A stretch of 64,000 bases of DNA. Origin: an uncultured bacterium (GTDB lineage: Bacteria > Fermentibacterota > Fermentibacteria > Fermentibacterales > Fermentibacteraceae). Shown piece by piece: positions 47,947-56,756 of the stretch. Made by a program: the position numbers and the translations under genes. Location: NCBI GenBank assembly GCA_964603785.1, contig CAZRWD010000001.1, positions 24,352 through 88,351 on the forward strand. The letters are read 5' to 3'. The notes under the pieces are model-generated. The model was not told the origin of the DNA. It made no database searches and was given only the letters and a program-made list of their open reading frames with translations. How positions within the stretch are numbered: position 1 is the stretch's first letter; each line of letters starts with the position of its first letter.

Positions 47947-48143
47947 TTCGGTTCTCCCTTTCCCGGACCGGGCCCGCCGGTCCGAATCAAGTTCAGCATT
48001 CCCTGAAGAGGCGCCATCCTCCCGTCAGGCGCATGCAACCCTCCCTTCCTCCTGGCAGGTGCCGCTGGACGGCATCCGCGGTTCCGGGTCCACACCGGTA
48101 GGCCTCATGGGGCGAACGACCCGGACAGCCCTCCCCATGCCCG

Positions 48144-49163
48144 CTACAGCTCGCCCTCCGGCTCGTCGAGGAAGCTCAGCTCGTCCTCCGCGGTCTTGAT
48201 CCCCGCCGCGTCGAGGTTCCGCCTGAGCCGCTTCAGGACGGGTTCGCCCGCGGCCGGCGAGAAGGGCAGCCCCGTTATCCTCTCGTAGAGCTGGATGTAC
48301 CTCGAGGAGAGCTCTATCACCAGGTCCTCCGGGGCCGGGGGAAGGGTCTCGTCCTCGTACGGGTTGCAGTTGTGGACGAACCAGAGCCTCAGGAACTCCT
48401 TGTCGATGTTGTCGGGCTCCTGTCCCCGTGCGAACTTCTCCTCGTAGCTGTCCGCCAGCCAGTATCTGGAGGAGTCCGGCGTATGGACCTCGTCGACCAG
48501 GGTCAGCCTGCCGTCCATGTCGATGCCGAGTTCGTACTTGGTATCGACGAGAATCAGCCCGTGCTCGGCCGCGGTCTCCTGGCCCCTGCGGAACAGGGCC
48601 AGGGCGATGTCGGCGGCCTCGTCCCACTGTCCCCGGGTCATGAGCCCGCGCTTCACGATCTGGGATGGAGTCAGCGCCTCGTCGTGGGTGTCGCTCTTCG
48701 TGGTGGGCGTGATTATCGGGCGGGGCAGCTCCTGGTTCTTCAGCATGCCGTCCGGCAGCCTGTTGCCTCCGATGTTCCGCGAGCCCTCGCTGTAGAGGGT
48801 CCACGCCGAGGTGTTGGTCGAGCCGGTGAGGTAACCCCTCACTATGAACTCCACCTGGAAGACCCGGCACTTCCTTGCGATGAGCGCCGTAGGGTCGGGG
48901 ATGGAGACCATGTGGTTCGGCAGGATGTCCGCCGTATGCTCGAACCACCATGCCGACACCATGTTGAGGACCTGGCCCTTGAAGGGGATGGCGGCGACCA
49001 GCCTGTCGAAGGCGCTCTGCCTGTCTGTGGTTATCACAAGCAGGTGCTGTCCCGTGTCGTAGATGTCGCGGACCTTGCCCTTCCTGAGCTTCCCGATCCC
49101 GAGGTCGGACGTATCGGTCAGGCAGTTGTCGAGGTTCTCCCTGATGACTTCCCTGGCTACCAA
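48144..49163 (-). CDS. purC: SAICAR synthetase
   Basis: GKVRDIY, TDRQSAFD, EFIVRGYLTGS, TPTTK, DTKYE.G, DEVHTPDSSRYW, DKEFLR. Confidence 0.95.
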   Translation of the reverse strand: MVAREVIRENLDNCLTDTSDLGIGKLRKGKVRDIYDTGQHLLVITTDRQSAFDRLVAAIPFKGQVLNMVSAWWFEHTADILPNHMVSIPDPTALIARKCRVFQVEFIVRGYLTGSTNTSAWTLYSEGSRNIGGNRLPDGMLKNQELPRPIITPTTKSDTHDEALTPSQIVKRGLMTRGQWDEAADIALALFRRGQETAAEHGLILVDTKYELGIDMDGRLTLVDEVHTPDSSRYWLADSYEEKFARGQEPDNIDKEFLRLWFVHNCNPYEDETLPPAPEDLVIELSSRYIQLYERITGLPFSPAAGEPVLKRLRRNLDAAGIKTAEDELSFLDEPEGEL

Positions 49164-49272
49164 CGCTCACCTCCGGGGTTCACCTGTGCATCTCTGTCTC
49201 CCAGTGCCCTATGTTAGCAATTCCCGAACCATCCAGCCACCCGTGCGCGAGCCCGATGAACGGAGATCGAAT

Positions 49273-49899
49273 ATGCAGGATCGCGGAACCTCGGCGAACG
49301 TCACCTGGCACGAGCAGACCGTGACCAGGGAGGAGAGGGAGGCCCTCCTGGGCGCAAGAGGCCTCACCATATGGATGACCGGGCTTCCCTCGTCCGGCAA
49401 GTCGACCGCCGCCAATGCCCTGGCCCGTCTCCTCCAGGACGGGGGGGTGCCCAGCGTGATCCTGGACGGCGACAACATCAGGCACGGCCTGAACAGCGAC
49501 CTCGGGTTCTCCCCCGGGGACCGGACCGAGAACATCCGCCGCATCTCCGAGGTCGCCAGGCTCCTGACCTCCTTCGGCTTCATAAACATCGTGGCCTTCA
49601 TAAGCCCCTACCGCGCCGACAGGCTCAGGGCCAGGGAGATCCAGGCGGAGGGCGACTTCATCGAGGTCTTCGTCGACGCTCCGCTCCAGGTGGCCGAGTC
49701 GCGGGACCCCAAGGGCCTCTTCAGGAAGGCCAGGGAGGGGATCATCCCCGAGTTCACCGGCATCTCCGCACCCTACGAGGCGCCGGAGGCCCCCGAGATA
49801 CACCTTCACACCGACAGGGACGATCCCGACACCTGCGCCCGGATCATCGCCGGGTACCTGGCGGGCGCGGGCAGGATCCCCGGGACGCCGCGTGCCTGA
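49273..49899 (+). CDS. cysC: Adenylyl-sulfate (APS) kinase
   Basis: WMTGLPSSGKST, LDGDNIR, DRTENIRR, FISPY, RDPKGL, FTGISAPYE.P. Confidence 0.95.
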   Translation: MQDRGTSANVTWHEQTVTREEREALLGARGLTIWMTGLPSSGKSTAANALARLLQDGGVPSVILDGDNIRHGLNSDLGFSPGDRTENIRRISEVARLLTSFGFINIVAFISPYRADRLRAREIQAEGDFIEVFVDAPLQVAESRDPKGLFRKAREGIIPEFTGISAPYEAPEAPEIHLHTDRDDPDTCARIIAGYLAGAGRIPGTPRA

Positions 49900-51163
49900 G
49901 ACCGCCGGCTCCGCATCCGCTCCGCCGCTCCTGCCGCTGGGGCTGGATGCGCCCGAGAAGCGCGTCTTCCGATTCCACCTGCTGGCCTCCGCCGCCGCTG
50001 GCATCGCATCGGGCGTGCTCCTCAACAACGAGTACATAGCCACGAACGGCCTGGGCGCGTCGGTCTGGCAGATAACGGTGCTGACAATGATCTGGCCGGT
50101 CAGCAACTTCCTGGCGGTGTTCGTCAACCGCATGGTGGAGCAGAGCTGGTCGAAGGCCAGGGCCGTCGCCCTCGCGGGGCTGCTGAGGCTGCCCATCGCC
50201 CTGATGGCCTTCTCGTCGAGCGTCGACCTGATGCTCGTGCTGCTGGGCCTGTTCTCGGCCGCCGACAGCCTCGTGTCGCCCCTCATGAACAGCGTGCTGC
50301 GCAACCGGTACAGGGAGGGAAGGCGCGGCGTGCTCTTCGGCTGGGCGGTGAGCTTCTTCACACTCGTCTCGGTACCCGCCTCGCTGATCGTCGGGGCGCT
50401 GCTCGACCTCGACTTCATGTGGTACAGGATACTCTTCGTGGTGCAGGCGGCGGCCGGGCTCTTCCACGCCGTCGTGTTCGCCCTGATGACCAGGGGCATC
50501 CCGAGGAGCCCCGGACCTCCCGGGTCCGGTCTCTCCGTGGCCGGGACCCTCAGGTCCCTCTGGTCCACCTTCAGCAGGGACAGGGAGTTCGCCAGGTTCC
50601 AGGCCTACTTCATGATGTACGGATTCGCGTTCATGATGATCCTTCCAGCGATACCCTTCTTCGCCAGGGACGTGCTGGGTCTGAACTACCGCGAGTACGC
50701 CACGGCGAAGGGCCTCATCGCCCAGGCGGGCATCCTCTTCCTCAGCCCCTTCCTGGGCACCCTCGCCGAGAGGATCCACCCGTTCAGGTTCACGGGCATC
50801 GTGAGCTCGGCACTGGCCGTCTACCCTCTCCTGATCGGGCTGGGGGCGATCTTCCCGCGGTCCGGGAGGCTGCTGTTCTTCGCCTCGTTCGGCGTCTACT
50901 CGATATGCATGGCGGGCATCAACCTGTCGTGGAACCTCTCGAGCCTTCACTTCGCACCGCCCGGCCAGGAGGCGACATACCAGGGGCTGCACATAACCCT
51001 CACGGCCGTCAGGGGCTTCTTCGCACCGCTCCTCGGCAACCTGCTCTTCCGGCTCTTCGGCCACGTCACCCTCTTCTTCGTGTCTGCGGGTCTCTTCCTG
51101 CTGGGAGGCCTGTTCTTCCTGCGGAGGTACGGCCAGAGGAGGGCGCTTGGCATCGTGTCCTGA
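49892..51163 (+). CDS. MFS transporter
   Basis: About 12 hydrophobic segments in two bundles; overlaps the cysC stop. Confidence 0.8.
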   Translation: MPETAGSASAPPLLPLGLDAPEKRVFRFHLLASAAAGIASGVLLNNEYIATNGLGASVWQITVLTMIWPVSNFLAVFVNRMVEQSWSKARAVALAGLLRLPIALMAFSSSVDLMLVLLGLFSAADSLVSPLMNSVLRNRYREGRRGVLFGWAVSFFTLVSVPASLIVGALLDLDFMWYRILFVVQAAAGLFHAVVFALMTRGIPRSPGPPGSGLSVAGTLRSLWSTFSRDREFARFQAYFMMYGFAFMMILPAIPFFARDVLGLNYREYATAKGLIAQAGILFLSPFLGTLAERIHPFRFTGIVSSALAVYPLLIGLGAIFPRSGRLLFFASFGVYSICMAGINLSWNLSSLHFAPPGQEATYQGLHITLTAVRGFFAPLLGNLLFRLFGHVTLFFVSAGLFLLGGLFFLRRYGQRRALGIVS

Positions 51164-51167
51164 CAGG

Positions 51168-52274
51168 ATGACGGCCCGCGGGGCGACCATATGGCTCCTT
51201 ACCGAAGACTATCCGCCCAAGCTCGGTGGGATATCCCGCTGGAGCGCGAACACCGCAGGGGCGCTGGAGGCGGCCGGGGCATCCGTCACCGTTCTCTCCA
51301 AGCGCGCCGCCGCCCGGAGCGGGGCGGAGGGCCCTGAAATCGTCCCGGTGGAGGGCCGCAGCTTCTGTGCTCTGCGCCACCTGCACTTCATGAGGGCAGC
51401 AAGGAGGCTGCGAAGGCTGCGCGGCGGATGGCCGGACGCGATCCTCTGCTCGACCTGGAGAACGGCCGAGGGTGCCCTGCTGGCCCGTGCGGAATGCCCC
51501 GTCGCCTCGGCCGTCCACGGTCTCGAGGTCTTCGCCTCCTATACCCCATGGCTGCGTGCAAGGCGGAGGAAGGTCCTGGAGAGGGTCGACCTCGCAGCCG
51601 CGGCCAGCAGATACACCGCCGCCAGGCTCTCGGAGACGGCACCGGCCGCCAGGGTGCTCGTGGGGATCAACGGGTTCGACGGGAACCTCTTCAGGCCCGA
51701 CGGACCGATGAGGCCGCGCAACCGTCCGGTACAGCTCCTGTCGGCGGGCAGGCTCGTCCCGAGGAAGAGGTTCGACCTCGTCCTGGACGCGTTCGCGGAA
51801 GTGCTCCGGAGCGGCGTCGACGCGGGTCTCTGGATCGCGGGGGAGGGGCCTCTCGAAGGCTCGGTGAAGGGTCGGATCGCGGACTTCGACGGAAGGGCCG
51901 AGTACCTGGGGGATGTTTCGGACGGAGAGCTGGCGGCTCTGTACCGCTCCGCCGACCTCTTCCTGTCACCCTGCCAGTCGGATCCGGCCTCGGGGGATGT
52001 CGAGGGTTTCGGCCTGACATTCGTGGAGGCCTCCGCATCCGGGACGGCGGTCGCCGGGCTTGCCGAAGGCGGGGTCACGGACGCAGTGGAGCACGGCGTT
52101 TCCGGCATCCTCTCGACCAGGGAGAGCTTCGTCCGGGACGTGGCCGATCTCTGCTCCAGGCCTGAGATGCTGGCCCGCCTCGGGAGACAGGGCATGGACA
52201 GGGCGAGGGCGGCCTTCGACTCCTGCTCGGTGGCGGCCCGTCTGCTCGCGGCTCTTCTCGAAGCCCGGAGATGA
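51168..52274 (+). CDS. Glycosyltransferase family 4
   Basis: DYPPKLGGI, GRLVPRKRFD, EGFGLTFVEA. Confidence 0.92.
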   Translation: MTARGATIWLLTEDYPPKLGGISRWSANTAGALEAAGASVTVLSKRAAARSGAEGPEIVPVEGRSFCALRHLHFMRAARRLRRLRGGWPDAILCSTWRTAEGALLARAECPVASAVHGLEVFASYTPWLRARRRKVLERVDLAAAASRYTAARLSETAPAARVLVGINGFDGNLFRPDGPMRPRNRPVQLLSAGRLVPRKRFDLVLDAFAEVLRSGVDAGLWIAGEGPLEGSVKGRIADFDGRAEYLGDVSDGELAALYRSADLFLSPCQSDPASGDVEGFGLTFVEASASGTAVAGLAEGGVTDAVEHGVSGILSTRESFVRDVADLCSRPEMLARLGRQGMDRARAAFDSCSVAARLLAALLEARR

Positions 52275-52305
52275 ACGGGGGGCCGGGTCGCCCCGGCCCC
52301 CGTTC
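52273..52305. terminator. Hairpin between convergent genes
   Basis: GAACGGGGGGCCGGG-TCGC-CCCGGCCCCCGTTC. Confidence 0.6.
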
Positions 52306-52319
52306 CGGATCGGGTCCCT

Positions 52320-52817
52320 CTAGAAGTAGATTCCCGCCCTCACCGAGAGCCAGATGTCGTCGAAGTCCATCCAGTGGGCCTTCGCGCAGAGCTCGAGCTT
52401 GGTGCCGCCCAGCGGCACGTTCGTGCCGAGGGTGCCGTAGGCGCCCAGCTCGCTGTCGCTGTCCTCGTAGGTGCTGTCGGGGCCCACGTCCCAGCTCACC
52501 TTGGCGATGTCCAGCTCCGCGCCGCCGCCGTAGAAGAGCCCTCCGCCATAGGTCCTCAGGCCGACGAGGAGGGGAATGAGGTTCGCGGAGAATCCGTCGA
52601 TCTCGTCCTCGGGCTGCAGGAAGACATAGCTGGCACTGGCCTCGACGGCGTAGACGGGCAGGTGCAGCAGGAACTGCCCGCCGAGCATGGGGCTCAGGTT
52701 GTAGGCGTCCGCGGCGTCGCCCGTCGGGAAGTAGAACCCGCCATGGAGACCGAACTCCGAATAGCCGGCGCCGGCCGCGAATGCCAGTACGAGCAGCATT
52801 GCCATCGTCTTCTTCAC
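52320..52817 (-). CDS. Small outer-membrane beta-barrel protein
   Basis: Signal peptide, alternating hydrophobic beta strands, C-terminal Phe (AGIYF). Confidence 0.8.
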   Translation of the reverse strand: MKKTMAMLLVLAFAAGAGYSEFGLHGGFYFPTGDAADAYNLSPMLGGQFLLHLPVYAVEASASYVFLQPEDEIDGFSANLIPLLVGLRTYGGGLFYGGGAELDIAKVSWDVGPDSTYEDSDSELGAYGTLGTNVPLGGTKLELCAKAHWMDFDDIWLSVRAGIYF

Positions 52818-52848
52818 TTCATCCTCCTCTGCCGGCCTGTGCCGGCGG

Positions 52849-53532
52849 TCAGGTGTCGAACCCGGGCGAATCCATCAGACCGGAGAGCCTTGTGATCTCG
52901 GCGATCCTCGGGCCATCCCCGCCGAAGTCGCCGCCGGACCTGAACCATACGAACGCGATCCCCGCGGCTTCGGCGCCCCTCATGTCGCTCGAGGCGCCGT
53001 CGCCCACCATCACCGTTTCGCCCGGCCGGGACCCGAGAAGCCTCATGGCGGCATGGAAGATCGCGGGGTCGGGCTTCGCGGAGCCGATCTCGCAGCTTAT
53101 CACGAGGGCGTCGATGTACTGCATGAGCCCCGATCTCTCGAGCCTGGTCCGCTGGACCGGGCCGAGCCCGTTGGAGATCACCCCGACCGAGGCCCCGGAA
53201 TGCACCAGGGAGAGCGTCTCCGCGGCATCAGGGATGGTCTGTCCCTGGAGGGAGAGGGCCCTGTAGTAGGCATCGAGGAACTCGGAGCACTTCAGACCGG
53301 AGGACGGCGGGAAGACCGAGGCTACGCAGGGATCGGTGGTGCCCGGCGCGCCGGGTCTGCAGGCTTCTATGGCCTGCACGGGGTCCGAGTTCACGAATGC
53401 GAGGAGGGGGGCCACCAGACCGGCGACATCGTCCAGCCCCAGCTCGGAGAGACCGAGGAGCACGGCCTCCTCCTGGGCCTTCGCATAGTCGAGAAGGGTT
53501 CCGTCTAGGTCGAAAAGAACCGTCTTCCACAT
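52849..53532 (-). CDS. HAD family hydrolase (YjjG-like)
   Basis: LFDLDGTL, ISNG, KPDP, MVGD...D. Confidence 0.88.
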   Translation of the reverse strand: MWKTVLFDLDGTLLDYAKAQEEAVLLGLSELGLDDVAGLVAPLLAFVNSDPVQAIEACRPGAPGTTDPCVASVFPPSSGLKCSEFLDAYYRALSLQGQTIPDAAETLSLVHSGASVGVISNGLGPVQRTRLERSGLMQYIDALVISCEIGSAKPDPAIFHAAMRLLGSRPGETVMVGDGASSDMRGAEAAGIAFVWFRSGGDFGGDGPRIAEITRLSGLMDSPGFDT

Positions 53533-53701
53533 GGCTCTCTCCTCCCGTCCGGCTCTGTCGGAAGAACCACCGAACACCATCCAATATAGCTGCATGGAGG
53601 TCGATGGGTACCCGATGCGGGCTCCGGAGTGCGGCAGGACCCTCCTCCGCGCGATGGCGAGCCTGGATGGGCCGGGCGTTCACGGCCCGGCCCGATGCGT
53701 A

Positions 53702-54412
53702 CTAGGCCAGCCCGTGCCTCTCGAGAAGGTCCATGTCGGAAGTCAGGGCCTCGAAGGGTCCGTCGGCCGCGACGCGACCCCCGTCCAGTATCACGAGCCT
53801 GTCGCAGACCTCTCCGGCATGTCTCAGGTCCTGGGTGACCACCAGCTTCGTCCCCGTGAAGCCGGACAGGATCGAGGTCAGCGCCCTCGAGGCTCTCGCA
53901 TCGAGTCCCGCCCAGGGCTCGTCGAGTGCGAGGATCGAGGGTCTGCAGGCGAGAACCGCGGCGAGCGCGGCCCTCTTCTTCTCGCCGACGGACAGGTGGT
54001 GGGGCGCCCGCCCCTCGAAACCGGCCAGACCCGCAGCCGAGAGGGCCCCGGCGACCCTTTCCCCGACCTCTCCGGGCGCAAGACGCTGGTTCTCCGGACC
54101 GAAGGCCACGTCGTCCCGGACCGTGGTGCAGAAGAGCTGGTCGTCCGGGTCCTGGAAGACCAGGCCGAAGAGACCGGGGTCCCTGCCCTTAGCCTTCCTC
54201 CCGCTCGTGTCGGTTCCTGCCAGGCGGATCACGCCCCCGTGCCTGAGCAGCCCCGCCAGGCAGAGGAGGAGGGTGCTCTTGCCCGCTCCGTTGGGACCTG
54301 CCAGGCAGAGCGAGGAGCCCTCCGGAACCACGAGATCGATTCCATCGAGGGCTTTCGTGCCGTCGCCGTAGACGAGGCTGAGCCCTCCCGTCTCTATGGC
54401 CGGGGGTTTCAT
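53702..54412 (-). CDS. cbiO: ECF transporter ATP-binding subunit (CbiO/NikO)
   Basis: GPNGAGKST, FQDPDDQLF, LSVGEKKR, LDEP. Confidence 0.92.
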   Translation of the reverse strand: MKPPAIETGGLSLVYGDGTKALDGIDLVVPEGSSLCLAGPNGAGKSTLLLCLAGLLRHGGVIRLAGTDTSGRKAKGRDPGLFGLVFQDPDDQLFCTTVRDDVAFGPENQRLAPGEVGERVAGALSAAGLAGFEGRAPHHLSVGEKKRAALAAVLACRPSILALDEPWAGLDARASRALTSILSGFTGTKLVVTQDLRHAGEVCDRLVILDGGRVAADGPFEALTSDMDLLERHGLA

Positions 54413-55131
54413 CCCAGGACGACCCTCGCCGCCGCCAACAGGCCGAGGGCTGCGGCGGCCAGGGCGATCTGGGAGGCCCGGAGGGCCTTCATGCGCCGGA
54501 CGGGCATGACCGGGCCGTATCCGCGCAGCAGCATGGCTCCGTGTACCCTTTCCGCCCTCTCGTAGCTTCGCACGAAGAGGCTCCCCGCAAGCCTTCCCAC
54601 TATCGACGCCTGAGGCAGCCACCTCGGCCTGTAGCCCCTCGAGGCGGCCGCCCGGACCATCATGGTCCCCTCCTCCGAGATCAGGTGGAGGTATCGCCAG
54701 GACATGGAGATGACATCGATGAACAGGGAGGGTGCGCCGAGCGCCCGGAATGCGTCCATCGTCCCCTCGAACCCGGCGGAGGTGGTCACGATGCAGACCA
54801 TGGCCGTCGCGAGGAAGGATTTCATGGCCACGCCGGCCAGTATCCAGAGACCCCTGACGGAGAGGTCCGCACCCAGAAGCGTGACGGAGGGGCCGCCGTC
54901 CAGGAAGGGCAGCGCGGCAGCCGCCACGAGGGAGAAGGGCAGGACCGCCGATGCCCGCCGCATGGTCATCCGGAGAGGGACGCCCGCCAGGGCGGAGGCC
55001 CAGGCCACCATCCCCGCCCATGCCGTGAAGGTCGTCAGCCTCTGCGGGGGAGTGGTCACCACCGCTGCGATGTAGCCGAGGAGGAGGACGACCCTCAGAC
55101 GCGGGTCGAGCCCCTCCCGGGATGCAGGCAC
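54409..55131 (-). CDS. cbiQ: ECF transporter transmembrane subunit (CbiQ/NikQ)
   Basis: LDPRLR, WRYL, RSYERAERVH.AM..RGY. Confidence 0.92.
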   Translation of the reverse strand: MPASREGLDPRLRVVLLLGYIAAVVTTPPQRLTTFTAWAGMVAWASALAGVPLRMTMRRASAVLPFSLVAAAALPFLDGGPSVTLLGADLSVRGLWILAGVAMKSFLATAMVCIVTTSAGFEGTMDAFRALGAPSLFIDVISMSWRYLHLISEEGTMMVRAAASRGYRPRWLPQASIVGRLAGSLFVRSYERAERVHGAMLLRGYGPVMPVRRMKALRASQIALAAAALGLLAAARVVLG

Positions 55132-55145
55132 GGGCTGAGGGCCGC

Positions 55146-56120
55146 TCAGTTCCCGCCTCTCCTGGCGAGGCGTATCACGACGTACCCGACCGCGAAGACC
55201 GATGCCGTGCCGAGCAGTCCGGCGAGGCCCGTCGAGGCGGATTCGCTCCCGACCCCCCCGATGCCGTAGTCCGGGAACGGCGAGCCCTCCCAGAGAGCCT
55301 CGCCGCCCTCAGCTGCCCTCTCCAGGAAACCGCGGTCCTCCGCCACCTTCTCGAGGCCGTCGGGGTGGGCCGATGCGAACGGGCTGGCGAAGACGGCCAG
55401 CACGAGGGCCACGGCGATCCCTGCCAGGACGAAGGCGGTGAGACGTCGCCCCCCGGCCGGTTTCGCCGGGCCGCGCAAGCCGGCCCATCCGGGCAGGATG
55501 TCCGGCCTGGAGACCGCCGTGGCGGTCAGCACGGCGGATGCGATCAGGCCTTCGCCGATCCCTATCACGGCATGGGTCCCCACCATTGCGGGGAAGGCCA
55601 CTGCGAAGGGGGATGTGCCCGAGAGCGCGAGCTGCAATGCGCAGAAGGCCGATGCGAGGACCACGGAAGCCCAGCTCGCAACGGCGGCCGAGGCCACCCA
55701 GAGGCCTCTGCCGGCAGGGAGAAGCCTGCGGATGGCCCTCATGAGCACCCATCCGCCCAGACCCGCGACGACGCCCATGTTGAAGATGTTCGTGCCGAGG
55801 GCCGCGATCCCGCCATCCGCGAAGAAGAAGCCCTGTATGACGAGGACCACCGCCATGACCAGGCAGGCGCTCCATGGCCCGAGCAGCGCTGCGGCCGTCA
55901 CCGCTCCCAGGAAGTGCCCGCTCGTCCCGCCGCCGATGGGGAAGTTGAGCATCTGCGCCGCGAAGACGAAGGCCGCCGTGGTTGCGAGGAGCGGAACGGT
56001 ATGGGGCCGCTCGGCTATACCGCGCCCTGCCCTGCGGAGTCCCGCCGCCACCACTCCGGCGGAAACGGCGGCTGTGGCCAGGTTGATCGGTGTCGATACG
56101 AATCCGTCGGGGATATGCAA
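55146..56120 (-). CDS. cbiM: ECF substrate-binding subunit CbiM/NikM fused to a PDGLE (NikN-like) domain
   Basis: TTG start giving MHIPDGF; GTSGH; HPDGLE; SD AGGGGG. Confidence 0.92.
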   Translation of the reverse strand: MHIPDGFVSTPINLATAAVSAGVVAAGLRRAGRGIAERPHTVPLLATTAAFVFAAQMLNFPIGGGTSGHFLGAVTAAALLGPWSACLVMAVVLVIQGFFFADGGIAALGTNIFNMGVVAGLGGWVLMRAIRRLLPAGRGLWVASAAVASWASVVLASAFCALQLALSGTSPFAVAFPAMVGTHAVIGIGEGLIASAVLTATAVSRPDILPGWAGLRGPAKPAGGRRLTAFVLAGIAVALVLAVFASPFASAHPDGLEKVAEDRGFLERAAEGGEALWEGSPFPDYGIGGVGSESASTGLAGLLGTASVFAVGYVVIRLARRGGN

Positions 56121-56146
56121 CTGGGACCCCCTAAGAGGATGATGAT

Positions 56147-56174
56147 GTATTACCAAGCAAAACGAACGTAATAC
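56147..56174. promoter_or_regulatory. NikR operator
   Basis: Perfect inverted repeat GTATTAC-N14-GTAATAC (GTATTA-N16-TAATAC), the same geometry as the E. coli NikR site GTATGA-N16-TCATAC, between nikR and cbiM. Confidence 0.8.
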
Positions 56175-56199
56175 TCAGGCCCAAAAAAAACACGACCCG

Positions 56200-56610
56200 T
56201 CATCCGGCCGCCGAACTCTCCACCATCAGGCTGCCGGTCTCCAGGCCCTTGATGGAGTTGAGCCCCGCGAGGAGCCTCCCGATGGCCTCGGAAGGGCCCC
56301 TGACGATGAGCACCTCGAGGCAGTTGTGGTGGTCGAGGTGAACGTGCTGGGTGCAGAGGACCACTTCGCCCGCGTCGTGCTGGACCTCGAGGAGCCTGTT
56401 CACAAGGGAGCGGCGGTGGTGGTCGTACACGAGGGTCACGGTCCCGCCGACCGTGCCCCCGCGCCTCGGAACGCTCTCGACCAGCGCCCTGCGCATGACG
56501 CTCTCGAGCGCCTTCGAGCGGGTAGGGTAGCCGCGCTCCGCGCAGAGCCCGTCGAACCTGTCGAGCAGGTCCGAGTCAACCGATGCCGAGAACCGCGCCA
56601 GACCGGCCAG
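56200..56610 (-). CDS. nikR: Nickel-responsive regulator NikR; probable CTG start
   Basis: RHH domain (RFSASVDSDLLDRFD...GY.TRSKA) lies upstream of the ORF-track start; metal site YDHH and HVHLDHHNCLEV; AGGAGG 5 nt before CTG 56610 with an in-frame TGA just upstream. Confidence 0.9.
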   Translation of the reverse strand: MAGLARFSASVDSDLLDRFDGLCAERGYPTRSKALESVMRRALVESVPRRGGTVGGTVTLVYDHHRRSLVNRLLEVQHDAGEVVLCTQHVHLDHHNCLEVLIVRGPSEAIGRLLAGLNSIKGLETGSLMVESSAAG

Positions 56611-56756
56611 ATCGACCTCCTCTCACGATCAGCGGCGATGATATCGCAGGACCCGGCGGGGGACAAGCCCGCTCCGATTCCCGGGCGGATCATCGTCCGG
56701 ATCCGCCTGCCGGCAATGCCCGACAGAAGCCGCAGGCGGCGTCGAGTCCCGGCTCG

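Noticed and set aside
56121-56199. Cobalamin riboswitch upstream of cbiM
   Set aside because: The spacer is only ~80 bp, lacks a B12 box and is explained by the NikR operator.
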